Positions 8,608 to 18,557 of a stretch of 64,000 nucleotides of DNA are shown piece by piece; the stretch's first letter is position 1, and every line of letters begins with the position of its first letter. The notes under the pieces were generated by a model. It did no database searches and was not told where the DNA came from. It was given only the letters and a program-made list of their open reading frames with translations. The DNA is from Candidatus Woesebacteria bacterium RIFCSPHIGHO2_01_FULL_39_32 (GTDB lineage: Bacteria > Patescibacteriota > Microgenomatia > UBA8517), in assembly GCA_001792345.1 (NCBI GenBank), contig MGGJ01000013.1, positions 21,371 to 85,370 of the forward strand. The letters are read 5' to 3'. A program made the translations under genes and the position numbers.

Positions 8608-10644
8608 ATGAAGCTCAGTGCTCCGGTTAGTCGACTGCCAATGGTCGGGCATATTTATGTCAATCGTCTAGAAAAACTCGGTATCAGCACCATCGAAGAT
8701 CTTCTTTACCACGTACCTCACAGATATCAAGATTTCAGAATCGTCTCGGATATCTCTCGAGCTCAAATCGGAGAAGTAGTCACAATTCAAGGAATAGTAC
8801 TATCTATGAAAAATATTTATACGAAATACGGGAAAGTAATACAAAAAGCCGAAGTGCAGGATAAAACAGGACAGATTCAAGTGATATGGTTCAACCAACG
8901 CTATTTGGTTCGTTCGGTCAGAGAAGGGGAAAGGTATTCTTTCTCGGGGAAGGTAGATTGGTTTGATAGAAAAAAGTCTTTAATTTCGCCAGATTTTGAA
9001 AACATACAAAACTCCAACACGACAATTCACACCGGAAGGCTTGTACCAGTCTACCCCGAAACACGCGGAGTGTCTTCGAAGTGGATTCGAGGTAGGGTTT
9101 TCTTTGCGCTAACCGAAGTACAACCATATCTAGAAGAGTTTTTGCCGATCGAGATAATCAAAGAAAATTCATTTATCGATTTACCTAATGCCTTACATAT
9201 TGTCCATTTTCCCGACAATTCTGAAGACGCAGAAAAATCAAAAAAAAGACTGGCTTTTAATGAACTTCTTTTTTATCAGCTAAGAAGTCTTTACCGAAAA
9301 AGTGACTGGAAGAAAATTCCCGCGGTTTTTCAGTTAAATATTAACGAAAAAATAATTAATGAATTTATAAAAACCCTTCCTTTTACTCTAACAAAATCGC
9401 AGCTTCGTTCAATCAAAGAAATTTCCAATGACTTGGAAAAAGAGTATCCAATGAATCGTTTGCTGGAAGGAGATGTTGGTAGCGGAAAAACGGTTGTTGC
9501 AGCAGCAGGCGCTTTTGCTTCATTTGTAAATGGTTATCAGACAGTTGTGATGGCACCAACTCAAATACTTGCCCAGCAGCACTTTGATACATTAAATCAG
9601 ATTTTTGACAAATTTAAAGTACGTGTGAGCCTTATTACATCTGCGGGTGTAAAAGCGGACTTAGGAAAAACAGATATCTTTGTAGGAACCCACGCCTTAA
9701 TCCACAAAAAGGTACAATTCGATAAAGTGGCCTTGGTTGTAATCGACGAACAGCATAGGTTCGGAGTAGAACAGCGTGCACACCTGATACAAAAAACCGG
9801 CAAATCCGCAAGCCGGCGGAAAAAAGCTCCTCACGTTCTAACAATGACTGCAACGCCAATTCCAAGAACCGTTGCATTGACTGTTTATGGGGATCTCGAC
9901 CTATCAACCCTAAATGAACTTCCCAAAGGTAGAAAGCCAGTTACGACCTGGATTGTTCCTCCACATAAACGGGAAGGGGGTTATAACTGGATTCGAGAAC
10001 AAATTAAAAAAGAGGGGGTTCAGGTTTTTATTATCTGCCCCCTAATTGAAGAGTCGCAGGTAGAAACAATGAAACAAGTTAAATCAGCTACAACTGAATT
10101 TGAAAGACTGAAAGATATCTTTCCAGATTTAAAACTAGGGCTTCTCCATGGTAAACAATCGTTGAGCTTGAAAAACGAAGTTTTGGAATCATTTAGAAGC
10201 GGAAAAACACATATCTTAGTAGCTACGCCTGTTGTGGAAGTGGGAATAGACGTTCCTAATGCGACAATTATGATTATAGAAGCTGCTGAGAGGTTTGGAT
10301 TGGCACAGCTGCATCAACTTAGGGGTCGAATTGGTCGCGGAGAAAGAAAATCTTATTGTCTCTTATTCACAAATGTAAGATCAAATACTGTTTTAACAAG
10401 ACTTAATGCACTCACCAAATCAATGTCGGGATTTGAGTTGGCTGAGTTGGATTTACAAATGCGCGGGCCAGGTGAAATGTATGGCATAAAACAGCACGGG
10501 TTCCCAGAATTGAAGGTCGCTTCCTGGAGCGACACAGAGTTAATAAAATATGCACGAGAAGTAGCTCAAGAAGCTCTAGATAAGCCAGAAAAATTTCCTA
10601 AACTTATAAAAATAATCGAATCTAAATCCATCGTCCCGAATTAA
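8608..10644 (+). CDS. recG: ATP-dependent DNA helicase RecG
   Basis: Wedge domain, helicase motifs GDVGSGKT, DEQHRFGV and QLRGRIGRG. Confidence 0.9.
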   Translation: MKLSAPVSRLPMVGHIYVNRLEKLGISTIEDLLYHVPHRYQDFRIVSDISRAQIGEVVTIQGIVLSMKNIYTKYGKVIQKAEVQDKTGQIQVIWFNQRYLVRSVREGERYSFSGKVDWFDRKKSLISPDFENIQNSNTTIHTGRLVPVYPETRGVSSKWIRGRVFFALTEVQPYLEEFLPIEIIKENSFIDLPNALHIVHFPDNSEDAEKSKKRLAFNELLFYQLRSLYRKSDWKKIPAVFQLNINEKIINEFIKTLPFTLTKSQLRSIKEISNDLEKEYPMNRLLEGDVGSGKTVVAAAGAFASFVNGYQTVVMAPTQILAQQHFDTLNQIFDKFKVRVSLITSAGVKADLGKTDIFVGTHALIHKKVQFDKVALVVIDEQHRFGVEQRAHLIQKTGKSASRRKKAPHVLTMTATPIPRTVALTVYGDLDLSTLNELPKGRKPVTTWIVPPHKREGGYNWIREQIKKEGVQVFIICPLIEESQVETMKQVKSATTEFERLKDIFPDLKLGLLHGKQSLSLKNEVLESFRSGKTHILVATPVVEVGIDVPNATIMIIEAAERFGLAQLHQLRGRIGRGERKSYCLLFTNVRSNTVLTRLNALTKSMSGFELAELDLQMRGPGEMYGIKQHGFPELKVASWSDTELIKYAREVAQEALDKPEKFPKLIKIIESKSIVPN

Positions 10645-10691
10645 AGATATCTTAGGATTTACAATTTTTAACTTCTAAGTTAAAATTGCAA

Positions 10692-10853
10692 CATGGCTCC
10701 AGTACCGAAGAAAAAACATACAAGAAGCCGAAGTAATATCAGAAGGAATGCTCCTGCCAATAGGAGGAGTTTGCCTAACCTCTCGAAGTGTCCTTCGTGC
10801 GGAAAGTTGCGCGAACCACATAAGGCATGTCCGCATTGTGGATTCTACAAATA
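10692..10853 (+). CDS. rpmF: 50S ribosomal protein L32
   Basis: MAPVPKKKHTRSRSNIRRNAPANRRSLPNLSKCPSCGKLREPHKACPHCGFYK. Below the ORF-track size cut-off. The antisense 69-aa ORF at 10675-10884 is spurious. Confidence 0.8.
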
Positions 10854-10914
10854 GAACATTCGTTTTAATCTTGTTACTTGCCACCTATTACTTATCGCCC
10901 TTATACTTAATCTC

Positions 10915-11292
10915 ATGAAAACAGCTAAAGATCCGAGACACAAGAACCGAAGAGAAGCTGTAAAAAGTTTATTCGCTGAAACCTTTGTAGGGCAACAGAA
11001 TTTCTCAGAATTAGCACGTGTTGTTCTTTCAAAAAAAGAGGAAGTTGACAGTTATATTCGAGAAGCGGCTCCCGCTTGGCCAATCGACAAGTTAAATAAA
11101 ATGGATCTTGCAATTCTTAGGCTTTCCGTATACGAATTATTACATACTGAAACTCCACCCAAAGTAATTATAGACGAAGCAGTTGAGCTTGCAAAGGAGT
11201 ACGGTTCCGAAGCTTCCGCACCATTTGTAAACGGAGTTTTGGGTACAATATACAAACAAAAGTTTGGAGAGACTGCAGATATTGTCGATTAA
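10915..11292 (+). CDS. nusB: transcription antitermination factor NusB
   Basis: NusB fold motifs (RHKNRREAVKSLF ... FVNGVLG). Confidence 0.85.
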   Translation: MKTAKDPRHKNRREAVKSLFAETFVGQQNFSELARVVLSKKEEVDSYIREAAPAWPIDKLNKMDLAILRLSVYELLHTETPPKVIIDEAVELAKEYGSEASAPFVNGVLGTIYKQKFGETADIVD

Positions 11293-11296
11293 AGGT

Positions 11297-11536
11297 ATGT
11301 TGGACAATAAAAATAATGCAAAGATAGTTTTAGAATTACTCGCGAGCCACCTTGGAGTAGAACCCGATGATGTAAGCGAGGACGATTCCCTAACAACTGA
11401 TCTTCACATGCGCGTGACAGATATCTCGGATTTTTTGGGATCGCTCGAAGAAAAGGGAATAGATGTAGATGAGATCGACTTAGCCGAAATCGAGACAGTC
11501 GGCGAGCTCATCGAAGCTCTGGGAGAAAACTTATGA
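11297..11536 (+). CDS. acpP: acyl carrier protein-like
   Basis: Acidic 80-aa protein with a DSL phosphopantetheine-site motif (EDDSLTTDL). acp-rnc synteny as in Firmicutes. Confidence 0.55.
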   Translation: MLDNKNNAKIVLELLASHLGVEPDDVSEDDSLTTDLHMRVTDISDFLGSLEEKGIDVDEIDLAEIETVGELIEALGENL

Positions 11537-12216
11537 GTAAAAATGATCTTGCTAGTCTTTTTAAAAACTTATTTCTTTACGAACAAGCTTTGACTCATAA
11601 GTCGTGGGTAAATGAACACCCAGGGAAAAGAGGTTCTAATGAACGCTTAGAGTTTCTAGGTGATGCGGTTTTGGAATTTATTGTATCAAAAGAACTATAT
11701 GCGCGTTTTCCAGATAAAGAAGAGGGCTACCTTACGGCTCTCAGGGCTAACCTTGTAAATACGATTAATCTTTCTGAAATTGCAAAGAGCTTAAACCTGG
11801 GTCAGAAACTATATTTAAGCAAAGGCGAGGAAGAAACAGGTGGACGAACCAACCACTCACTTTTGGCAAATACAGTAGAAGCGATTGTAGGAGCGCTTTT
11901 CCTAGATAGTGGACTGGGAGACGTAGAAAAGTTCATTGAAGAACACCTGCTTTCGACTCTAGATAAAAAGCTGGCTCAACCTTTAAAAGATTCCAAGAGC
12001 TTACTTCAGGAATATGTTCAGGCTCTTGGGTATCCTGCGCCTCGTTACGAGGTAGTTGAAGAATCGGGGCCTGATCACTCAAAGCAATTTACTATAGCCG
12101 CAATGGTTAATGGAGACTCATTAGGTAGGGGAAGGGGTAGGAATAAAAGCGAGGCGGCGCAAGAGGCGGCGCGGGTTGCACTTGAGAATGTTATGCAAAA
12201 GCAGTTAAAGGAATAA
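11533..12216 (+). CDS. rnc: ribonuclease III
   Basis: ERLEFLGDAVLE signature plus a dsRBD. Confidence 0.9.
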   Translation: MSKNDLASLFKNLFLYEQALTHKSWVNEHPGKRGSNERLEFLGDAVLEFIVSKELYARFPDKEEGYLTALRANLVNTINLSEIAKSLNLGQKLYLSKGEEETGGRTNHSLLANTVEAIVGALFLDSGLGDVEKFIEEHLLSTLDKKLAQPLKDSKSLLQEYVQALGYPAPRYEVVEESGPDHSKQFTIAAMVNGDSLGRGRGRNKSEAAQEAARVALENVMQKQLKE

Positions 12217-12265
12217 TTGCGCAATAAGTCCATATAAAGTAGAATTATAAAAGTCAGATTAAGGT

Positions 12266-12484
12266 ATGATTAAAATTCGCCTAGCTAGACACGGATCTAA
12301 AAACAAGATTTTTTATAGGATAGTCGCCATAGAAAAAGGTAAAAAGCGCGAAGGAGCGCCCTTGTCTGTATTGGGAATAGTAAACCCGACGAAAAATCAA
12401 AAAGAGATTAATAAAGAGAGACTTAAATTTTGGTTAACAAAGGGTGCAACAATGACTAAAGCAGTCGAGAAAATTTTAAAATGA
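12266..12484 (+). CDS. rpsP: 30S ribosomal protein S16
   Basis: MIKIRLARHGSKNKIFYRIV. Confidence 0.9.
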   Translation: MIKIRLARHGSKNKIFYRIVAIEKGKKREGAPLSVLGIVNPTKNQKEINKERLKFWLTKGATMTKAVEKILK

Positions 12485-12714
12485 AGGATTTATTAGCCTA
12501 CCTTACTGAGAACATTCTTGGTAAGAAAGATTTTGCAATAGAAGAAGAGCTTGATACAGATCAGAACAATTTTAAAATTTTTGCTGAATCCGAAGATCTG
12601 GGAATTATTATTGGAAAGGGTGGTCAAACTATTAAAGCAATTCAAACTCTCGTTCGTGTACGCGGACGGCTTGAAAATAAAAACGTAAATGTCTTCGTTG
12701 AAGAGAAAAAATAA
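12481..12714 (+). CDS. KH-domain RNA-binding protein (YlqC-like)
   Basis: IIGKGGQTIKAIQ KH motif. Follows rpsP. Confidence 0.8.
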   Translation: MKDLLAYLTENILGKKDFAIEEELDTDQNNFKIFAESEDLGIIIGKGGQTIKAIQTLVRVRGRLENKNVNVFVEEKK

Positions 12715-12718
12715 CTCT

Positions 12719-13423
12719 TCAATTGAAAGGATTGGGTCTATCTTTTGGTGTGGAAGGTGTAAGGTTTGTAAATACCGGTTTTTTGAGGCTTTGCATTTTT
12801 GCTAAAACTAACTTTTGATCGTCTGTTAGTTCTTGGATAGGTACCGTTAGTTCTGGAAGAGTTACGGGAAGGTTTGCCCAGAAAATATTAATTTCAAGCT
12901 CACCCGAAAATAAATTTTCTCCAACTGAGTGCTTCTGTACATTCAAGCTCTTAACGCTTTGGATTGGTGCTGAATTTACCAAATCTTTCAAGAAACTGAC
13001 ATAGGAAGGAAATTCTTGATTTTCAGTACTTACTTTAATTTCCATATTTTTGATATCTTCGTCCTCCCCAAGACCAACAATCTTTAGTTCTTTAATGACG
13101 ATTGCCTTCTCGGAAGCTGAAGTTCTTAGATTGGATACTATAAGCGCTGCTGGGTTCTCTGTAGGAAGTGCGATAAGAGTAGCATCCGCTTGATCCAAAA
13201 CACCAACTCTTACTTCTCGCAAGATATTAAGTTTCTCATTAAGTGTTGCTTCAGACTGTTTTGCTTCATTGTGCTGCGTTAACTTGACCCTAACTTGAGA
13301 GTAACCATTTTTAAAGACAACTACGGAAAGTAAAATCACCATAATTATAACTATGGTGGGGCCAAATAATATTTTTATATCTGGACCCAAACGTCTTGTT
13401 ATTGATTTCATATTATTTGACAA
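12719..13423 (-). CDS. PilO-like pilus assembly protein
   Basis: N-terminal TM helix plus coiled coil. Position downstream of pilM/pilN. Confidence 0.4.
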   Translation of the reverse strand: MSNNMKSITRRLGPDIKILFGPTIVIIMVILLSVVVFKNGYSQVRVKLTQHNEAKQSEATLNEKLNILREVRVGVLDQADATLIALPTENPAALIVSNLRTSASEKAIVIKELKIVGLGEDEDIKNMEIKVSTENQEFPSYVSFLKDLVNSAPIQSVKSLNVQKHSVGENLFSGELEINIFWANLPVTLPELTVPIQELTDDQKLVLAKMQSLKKPVFTNLTPSTPKDRPNPFN

Positions 13424-13937
13424 AACCGAATTCCGCTGAATACCCCTCAGTTGGTTTAAACGATAGCGTTACTAGATAAATTGATTTAAACTTTCCTGAA
13501 CCGGCTAATGATAATATAAAACGTGAGAGATTTTGTAAATTATCCGAATATACAGCAACTTTTATTGCTTCCTGGGATAATGTTACTTCTTTGAAAGATA
13601 TTCCTTCCGGAAATAACTCTGAAACTTCATCTAAAACATTGACTCCAATGTTTAGAGATTGCGTATTTTCAACAGCAGTAAACTTGTCTATTCTGTCTTT
13701 CAAAAGGATCAATTTTTGTTCTGTTTCTTGTAAAGCTTTAATTTCGGCTTTCAAATTTTCCTGTTGTATGGCACTTTGACTGAGCAATCGTGTGTAAAAA
13801 ATAAAAATGCTAAAAACAGTTAATGTACCAACTAAAAAAACTATAAGAGAAATCAGTGCAAGTTTTCTTAGATTTTTTGCTAGTGCAACCGCATATCCTT
13901 TTGGCTTTAAATCTTGTGGAAGTAAATTTATGGCCAT
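13413..13937 (-). CDS. PilN-like pilus assembly protein
   Basis: MAINLLPQDLKPK, then a TM helix, then coiled coil. Follows pilM. Confidence 0.5.
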   Translation of the reverse strand: MAINLLPQDLKPKGYAVALAKNLRKLALISLIVFLVGTLTVFSIFIFYTRLLSQSAIQQENLKAEIKALQETEQKLILLKDRIDKFTAVENTQSLNIGVNVLDEVSELFPEGISFKEVTLSQEAIKVAVYSDNLQNLSRFILSLAGSGKFKSIYLVTLSFKPTEGYSAEFGFVK

Positions 13938-13947
13938 GGTAAGTAAG

Positions 13948-14961
13948 TTATTCTCTCATCGCTAAGCCAACCGCTATAGAATAAAAAGGAGCATATCCGG
14001 ATAGGCTCTTTACTGCTTCGGGGTCCACGTTTACCTTTGAGAATGGATTTCCAACTACAACTTCAATACCTAAAAGTTTTGTAAGAGTCGAGGCTGCCTC
14101 AGGCATTCCAGCGGATCCACCAGAAAGAATTGCCGAGGAAGGAGAATCTCCTTTTTCCTCAGACTGATAGAAATGGGTTGCCTTTTTCATTTCGTCTGCA
14201 ACCAACCTGAAAATCGGATCTAGCGCACCTTTAATTTTTCCCTCTAACTGAGTAGAACTTAATCCATATGCCTTTTTATATTCTTCCGCTTGAGCCTCTT
14301 CAACACCCAGGGTTTGGGAAACTGCTCTAGTGAATGCCTCTCCTGCTGTTGGAATTGAGCGAGAAAATACCAATTGACCGTTTCTGGCAATTGCAATGTC
14401 AGAGGAGCGTGCGCCGAAATCTACTAATAATACAGTTTGATCCTCGGGCGCAAGAGATCGAACAAGTGCAATAAGTTCTGTTTCAACAGCAGCCAAGGAT
14501 AATCCCGCCATTTCAACAACCCGTGCGTATTTTTCTACTAATTCCTTTGGGGCTGCTACTAAAAGAACAGAAACCGAAGGGGGAGATGTATCATCTCTTC
14601 TTTCGATGATTTGGTGTTGAACAATGGCCTCATTAACAGGAATAGGAATATACTGCTCAGCTTCCCATCGTACAGCTGAGGCAATTTCCGCATCTGTGAG
14701 CTGGGGGAACTTGATTGTTCGCGTGTAAACCTGAGTTTCAGGAAGTGCAATTCCTACCTCGCGTGATGTGATTTTTGCTTCTTTGTGAAGCTTTTTTACT
14801 GCTTCTGCCAGAAGTCCAAGTTCTTTATCCTCCTTTATATGTTCGGGGGTTTTACTCTTGTGAGCCACAACACCGGAAGCACGCAAACGAAAAGTATTGC
14901 CTTCTTTAGACAATTCCACAATCTTTATAGTTTTCGAACCGATGTCTAATCCAACAGACAT
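13948..14961 (-). CDS. pilM: type IV pilus assembly ATPase-like protein PilM
   Basis: Actin-like fold: MSVGLDIGSKTIKIVEL, ILSGGSAG. Confidence 0.85.
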   Translation of the reverse strand: MSVGLDIGSKTIKIVELSKEGNTFRLRASGVVAHKSKTPEHIKEDKELGLLAEAVKKLHKEAKITSREVGIALPETQVYTRTIKFPQLTDAEIASAVRWEAEQYIPIPVNEAIVQHQIIERRDDTSPPSVSVLLVAAPKELVEKYARVVEMAGLSLAAVETELIALVRSLAPEDQTVLLVDFGARSSDIAIARNGQLVFSRSIPTAGEAFTRAVSQTLGVEEAQAEEYKKAYGLSSTQLEGKIKGALDPIFRLVADEMKKATHFYQSEEKGDSPSSAILSGGSAGMPEAASTLTKLLGIEVVVGNPFSKVNVDPEAVKSLSGYAPFYSIAVGLAMRE

Positions 14962-14966
14962 AATAT

Positions 14967-15851
14967 TTATGGCTTAATTAAATCTTTCATGCTAAAGACA
15001 GCACTGTCGAAAAGTGTAGGGTTTTCCGGATAACTTTGAAAGACATTTACTTTTCTTGTCGAGTCTCCGGCAACGCCTGTCGAGGATATTTGAATCCCTT
15101 GAGGTGGAAGCCCTCCAGCACCAGTAGTCCAAATTCCAATAGGCTTTGTAGAATAGTACATTCGTACCTTAGCCATAAGAAGTCGACCTTCACCTGGATT
15201 ACCGACACAACCTGAACAAATATTATTTACGTTTATTTGAGCACGGCGGGCTGACGAGTCGATAAAATTGCACTGGCTAGTCGAACCAAAGGAACTGCTA
15301 GTTCCTCCCAAGGGACCGAAAGCTCTTCTGTAAACTTGCACATTGGCGTACTTGTTCGAGTTCACTGCTTGTTTTGTGTTTGAATCATAAAAAACTAAAA
15401 CTTCAATTGCAGGATTAGGCGATCCGCTCCCCACACATATATTTATTTCCGAACCCCTGAAGCATGTATCGCCAGCGCATGTTAATTTCCCAGCGTCGTC
15501 GTGTTCTACAAGCCAAAATGTGGCTACTTCACCCGAGGCCAGGGTTCCAGGATATGTAAATTTCCCGTCGTTTTCTGCCAGATCAGCGATTAAAACATCG
15601 TAGGTAGCAGCAGTCGGATCCGAAGGATCTGCTGGGATGGGAGGAGGATCTGCAGGAACAGGATTTAGTAATGCGCTTTCAATTCCTGCTTCTGCAGCAG
15701 AAAAAGCCCGAAGAGCCTCCTCTTCATACGAAGTTATCGCTACATCTGTGACTGAACGGGAAGCAACCGACAAAACTACCGTCAAAATTACGGCCATTGT
15801 AAGAAGAACTACGAGGAGTGCTTGGCCGCTCTGGTTTGGCAGGGATCTCAT
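14967..15851 (-). CDS. PilX-like pilus protein (PilX_N-type N-terminus)
   Basis: N-terminus NQSGQALLVVLLTMAVIL. Confidence 0.45.
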   Translation of the reverse strand: MRSLPNQSGQALLVVLLTMAVILTVVLSVASRSVTDVAITSYEEEALRAFSAAEAGIESALLNPVPADPPPIPADPSDPTAATYDVLIADLAENDGKFTYPGTLASGEVATFWLVEHDDAGKLTCAGDTCFRGSEINICVGSGSPNPAIEVLVFYDSNTKQAVNSNKYANVQVYRRAFGPLGGTSSSFGSTSQCNFIDSSARRAQINVNNICSGCVGNPGEGRLLMAKVRMYYSTKPIGIWTTGAGGLPPQGIQISSTGVAGDSTRKVNVFQSYPENPTLFDSAVFSMKDLIKP

Positions 15852-15898
15852 ATTTTAAGTTTAACAAGCGGAGTAACTTCGGTCAACATGTTATTAGT

Positions 15899-16429
15899 TT
15901 AGTCATACGTTCGCAAAAGCATCTTTGTTTTGGATGTGACTTCATTTCCTTCCGCTCCCGAAGAAGCTTTATCTCTTCCCGTTATCGTGATAATTATTGA
16001 ACGTGGTACAGGACCGGGTGCAGGTGTAGCAGGACAAGAAAATACATTAGAACAGTTAGTAATCGTAACCTCCGAGCTGGTTATCCTAAGGTTTGCAGAA
16101 CCTGAAGCGATATAACAATCAGAACCCGAACACATACATCTAAATCTTCCTGCCTTATCATACTCATCAACATAATTAATTTGCGAGCCGCAGGCACCCG
16201 TAATGCTTTTAGAGTTTCTCAGAAGCCTTTCCATAGTACTTATTGCATAATCAACGTTCTGGCGGGCTCTACTTTGTGCATCACTTTTTCTGGAACCTCG
16301 TAGAGATAAACTTAGAGTTTGGGTTGTTACGATTGCCAAAATACTAAAAACAGCGATCACAACAAGCATTTCAATAATTGAAAAACCCTGTAAATTTGTT
16401 CTTTGTTTATTGTTTCTTGCTCTCTTCAT
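15899..16429 (-). CDS. prepilin-type minor pilin / pseudopilin
   Basis: GFSIIEMLVVIAV class III signal. Confidence 0.75.
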   Translation of the reverse strand: MKRARNNKQRTNLQGFSIIEMLVVIAVFSILAIVTTQTLSLSLRGSRKSDAQSRARQNVDYAISTMERLLRNSKSITGACGSQINYVDEYDKAGRFRCMCSGSDCYIASGSANLRITSSEVTITNCSNVFSCPATPAPGPVPRSIIITITGRDKASSGAEGNEVTSKTKMLLRTYD

Positions 16430-16430
16430 A

Positions 16431-16877
16431 TCATTTGTTCCAATTAGTAAAAGTGGTTATATTGCGAACCTGATGGGTTCCTTGGCCGTCACTCCATTGT
16501 ACGATAACTATTGCCCGGATTTCTTCGCCGTTGAGATTTACCACATTAGAAAACGTTGCACCCCTTCTAAACGGTGTCCCAGGTATATCACACATTCCGC
16601 TTACGCTTATACAGTTAGGTGCTGCGCCATTTAAACATTTTGTATTTGTCGCTTGCAATTTGAAAGCATTCCAACCCGTAGTTCGAAGGGCATTGTCTCT
16701 TTGCTCTCTCAGACATTCACTACCTTCTTGAGCATACTTACTTGCAAGTGCATTATTTTTTGAAAAGGTTGAGTTAGCAATCGACTTTGCCGCTAAACTT
16801 GCTATAGCCACAAGTATTACCGCTGCAATTCCAATAGCAAAAATAACTTCAAAAAGTGACTGGCCTTTATGGTTCAT
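16431..16877 (-). CDS. prepilin-type minor pilin / pseudopilin
   Basis: KGQSLFEVIFAIGIAAV. Start taken at the internal Met (MNHKGQ). Confidence 0.6.
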   Translation of the reverse strand: MNHKGQSLFEVIFAIGIAAVILVAIASLAAKSIANSTFSKNNALASKYAQEGSECLREQRDNALRTTGWNAFKLQATNTKCLNGAAPNCISVSGMCDIPGTPFRRGATFSNVVNLNGEEIRAIVIVQWSDGQGTHQVRNITTFTNWNK

Positions 16878-17427
16878 ATATTTCTCCGCTTGATTTAATA
16901 ATAATATCTTTATAGGCACCGCTACTCGTTTCTCTAACTCTTATAGTCATAGATGGGGTATTTGGAGGAAGGGAAATATAAACACCTCTTCCTAAAACAT
17001 TAAAACGAGGGACTGTATTTACGGGAATCCTAATCAAAGAAAATCCGGTAGGTAAATTTTCTATTTTTACAGATACCGTATAATCAGGTCCCGGAAGACT
17101 TCTGTCGCAGTAGGCACGTATTTCATAACTAGTTGAACTAGCGACAAACTCATAACCTAATAAAAAATCATTTGCAGCACATAACTTCCTTTGAGATAAT
17201 GCATACTCCTGAGCAAGCCTTAAATCTGCTTTAATTTTTCTAGTTACGTTTATTATCCCTTGCCTCGCCTGGAATTCTCTATAACCGGCATAACCCACAC
17301 TAAAAAGCAAGGCCATAACTACTATGACAATTAATAATTCAATAAATGTGAAGCCGTGGTTAACAACAAGTAACTGGTGGTTGCGAGGTTGGGCAGAATT
17401 TCTCTGCATATATAAACTATACACCAA
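16867..17427 (-). CDS. prepilin-type minor pilin
   Basis: GFTFIELLIVIVV. Confidence 0.75.
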   Translation of the reverse strand: MVYSLYMQRNSAQPRNHQLLVVNHGFTFIELLIVIVVMALLFSVGYAGYREFQARQGIINVTRKIKADLRLAQEYALSQRKLCAANDFLLGYEFVASSTSYEIRAYCDRSLPGPDYTVSVKIENLPTGFSLIRIPVNTVPRFNVLGRGVYISLPPNTPSMTIRVRETSSGAYKDIIIKSSGEIYEP

Positions 17428-17448
17428 TCAATATTCACTAATCGCTGC

Positions 17449-17937
17449 CTAAGGGCTTTTTACGTTATATGCACAGGGGCCAGGAACACAACCCATACAG
17501 GGCTGAGCAGGTATCGGGCTAGGGGGTTCTTCCAATCCTGTACAAAGACTATAAGAAGTTGTACCAACAGGCACATATCTGTAACGGGCACCCGAAGTCG
17601 GATCCTCAGGCACATCTGATATATATGTGTTGGAATTAGAGCAGGCCGGACCGTAAGCAGAATTACCTTGTAATGGATTTATCCCATCAGGTAAAGGTGA
17701 TGGTGGATATCTGTTACAGTCAGCTTTATAAAGCTCCAGTCCTGACCTTATTACCTCAAGGTCTGCTTTTCTTTTTGCGTCACGCCCAGACTCACGGGCT
17801 CCTTGCAAAGCAAATATCGAAATTCCAGATAAAATGGCGATAATTCCGATAACGACTAAAAGTTCAATTAAAGTAAATCCTATCTCAATTTTTGATTCTT
17901 TATTTTTGATCTTTGATATTAAAATCATATCGGACAA
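17449..17937 (-). CDS. prepilin-type minor pilin
   Basis: GFTLIELLVVIGIIAIL. Cys-rich C-terminus. Confidence 0.75.
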   Translation of the reverse strand: MSDMILISKIKNKESKIEIGFTLIELLVVIGIIAILSGISIFALQGARESGRDAKRKADLEVIRSGLELYKADCNRYPPSPLPDGINPLQGNSAYGPACSNSNTYISDVPEDPTSGARYRYVPVGTTSYSLCTGLEEPPSPIPAQPCMGCVPGPCAYNVKSP

Positions 17938-18434
17938 TTAGTGCCCCATGAATCAGGACCCCTCTTTAAACCGCTTTCACCAGTGGAACATACAACAAAA
18001 TACTGAATCTGGGCTGGCGATACAGTATCATCCAATATTTCAAGCTGACCCCACAACACATATTGCAACGTAGATGATGCCATGCGGTAATGAGCGGGTG
18101 ATTTTGGGTCGTCGGGGCAAGAAGGTAAAACAAGTGGTCTTGGAGCAGAACCACACTGTGTTACTATATTTGTTGCAGCAACTGTAAAATATTGTCCGTT
18201 ATTTTTATTTGCATAGACTTCCATCGCTGTTTGATACTGTTTAATATCACTCCTTCTAATTGAATCTCTGGCTTTTTTCTGTGCTCCCGGATATGAAGTC
18301 ATGAAAATTGCTGCCAACCCACCCAAAACTGCGATGACTATAAGAAGCTCGATGAGGGTAAAACCAAGTTTGGTGATTAGTGTTTGGTGATTAGTGTTTG
18401 GTGGGGAGGATAATCTTAAATTCTCTTTTATCAT
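17925..18434 (-). CDS. prepilin-type minor pilin with a repeat-expanded leader
   Basis: GFTLIELLIVIAVL. The 24-aa leader contains a 14-nt tandem repeat (18368-18405). Confidence 0.75.
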   Translation of the reverse strand: MIKENLRLSSPPNTNHQTLITKLGFTLIELLIVIAVLGGLAAIFMTSYPGAQKKARDSIRRSDIKQYQTAMEVYANKNNGQYFTVAATNIVTQCGSAPRPLVLPSCPDDPKSPAHYRMASSTLQYVLWGQLEILDDTVSPAQIQYFVVCSTGESGLKRGPDSWGTNCPI

Positions 18435-18557
18435 GGGTAGTAATTATTTACAAATGTCTCATTTAAATAATATAAATAATGACATTTGCTACAGAAATCA
18501 CACCTTATCTAAAAAAATATTGTGATTTCTCTATAACATAATACACTATAAAAATAA

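Noticed and set aside
10675-10884. 69-aa minus-strand ORF from the track
   Set aside because: The + strand encodes a textbook ribosomal protein L32 (10692-10853) in the same interval. The antisense ORF is a shadow frame.
18361-18408. CRISPR array
   Set aside because: Only 2-3 copies of 14-nt units with no spacers, inside a coding sequence. No cas genes anywhere in the window.
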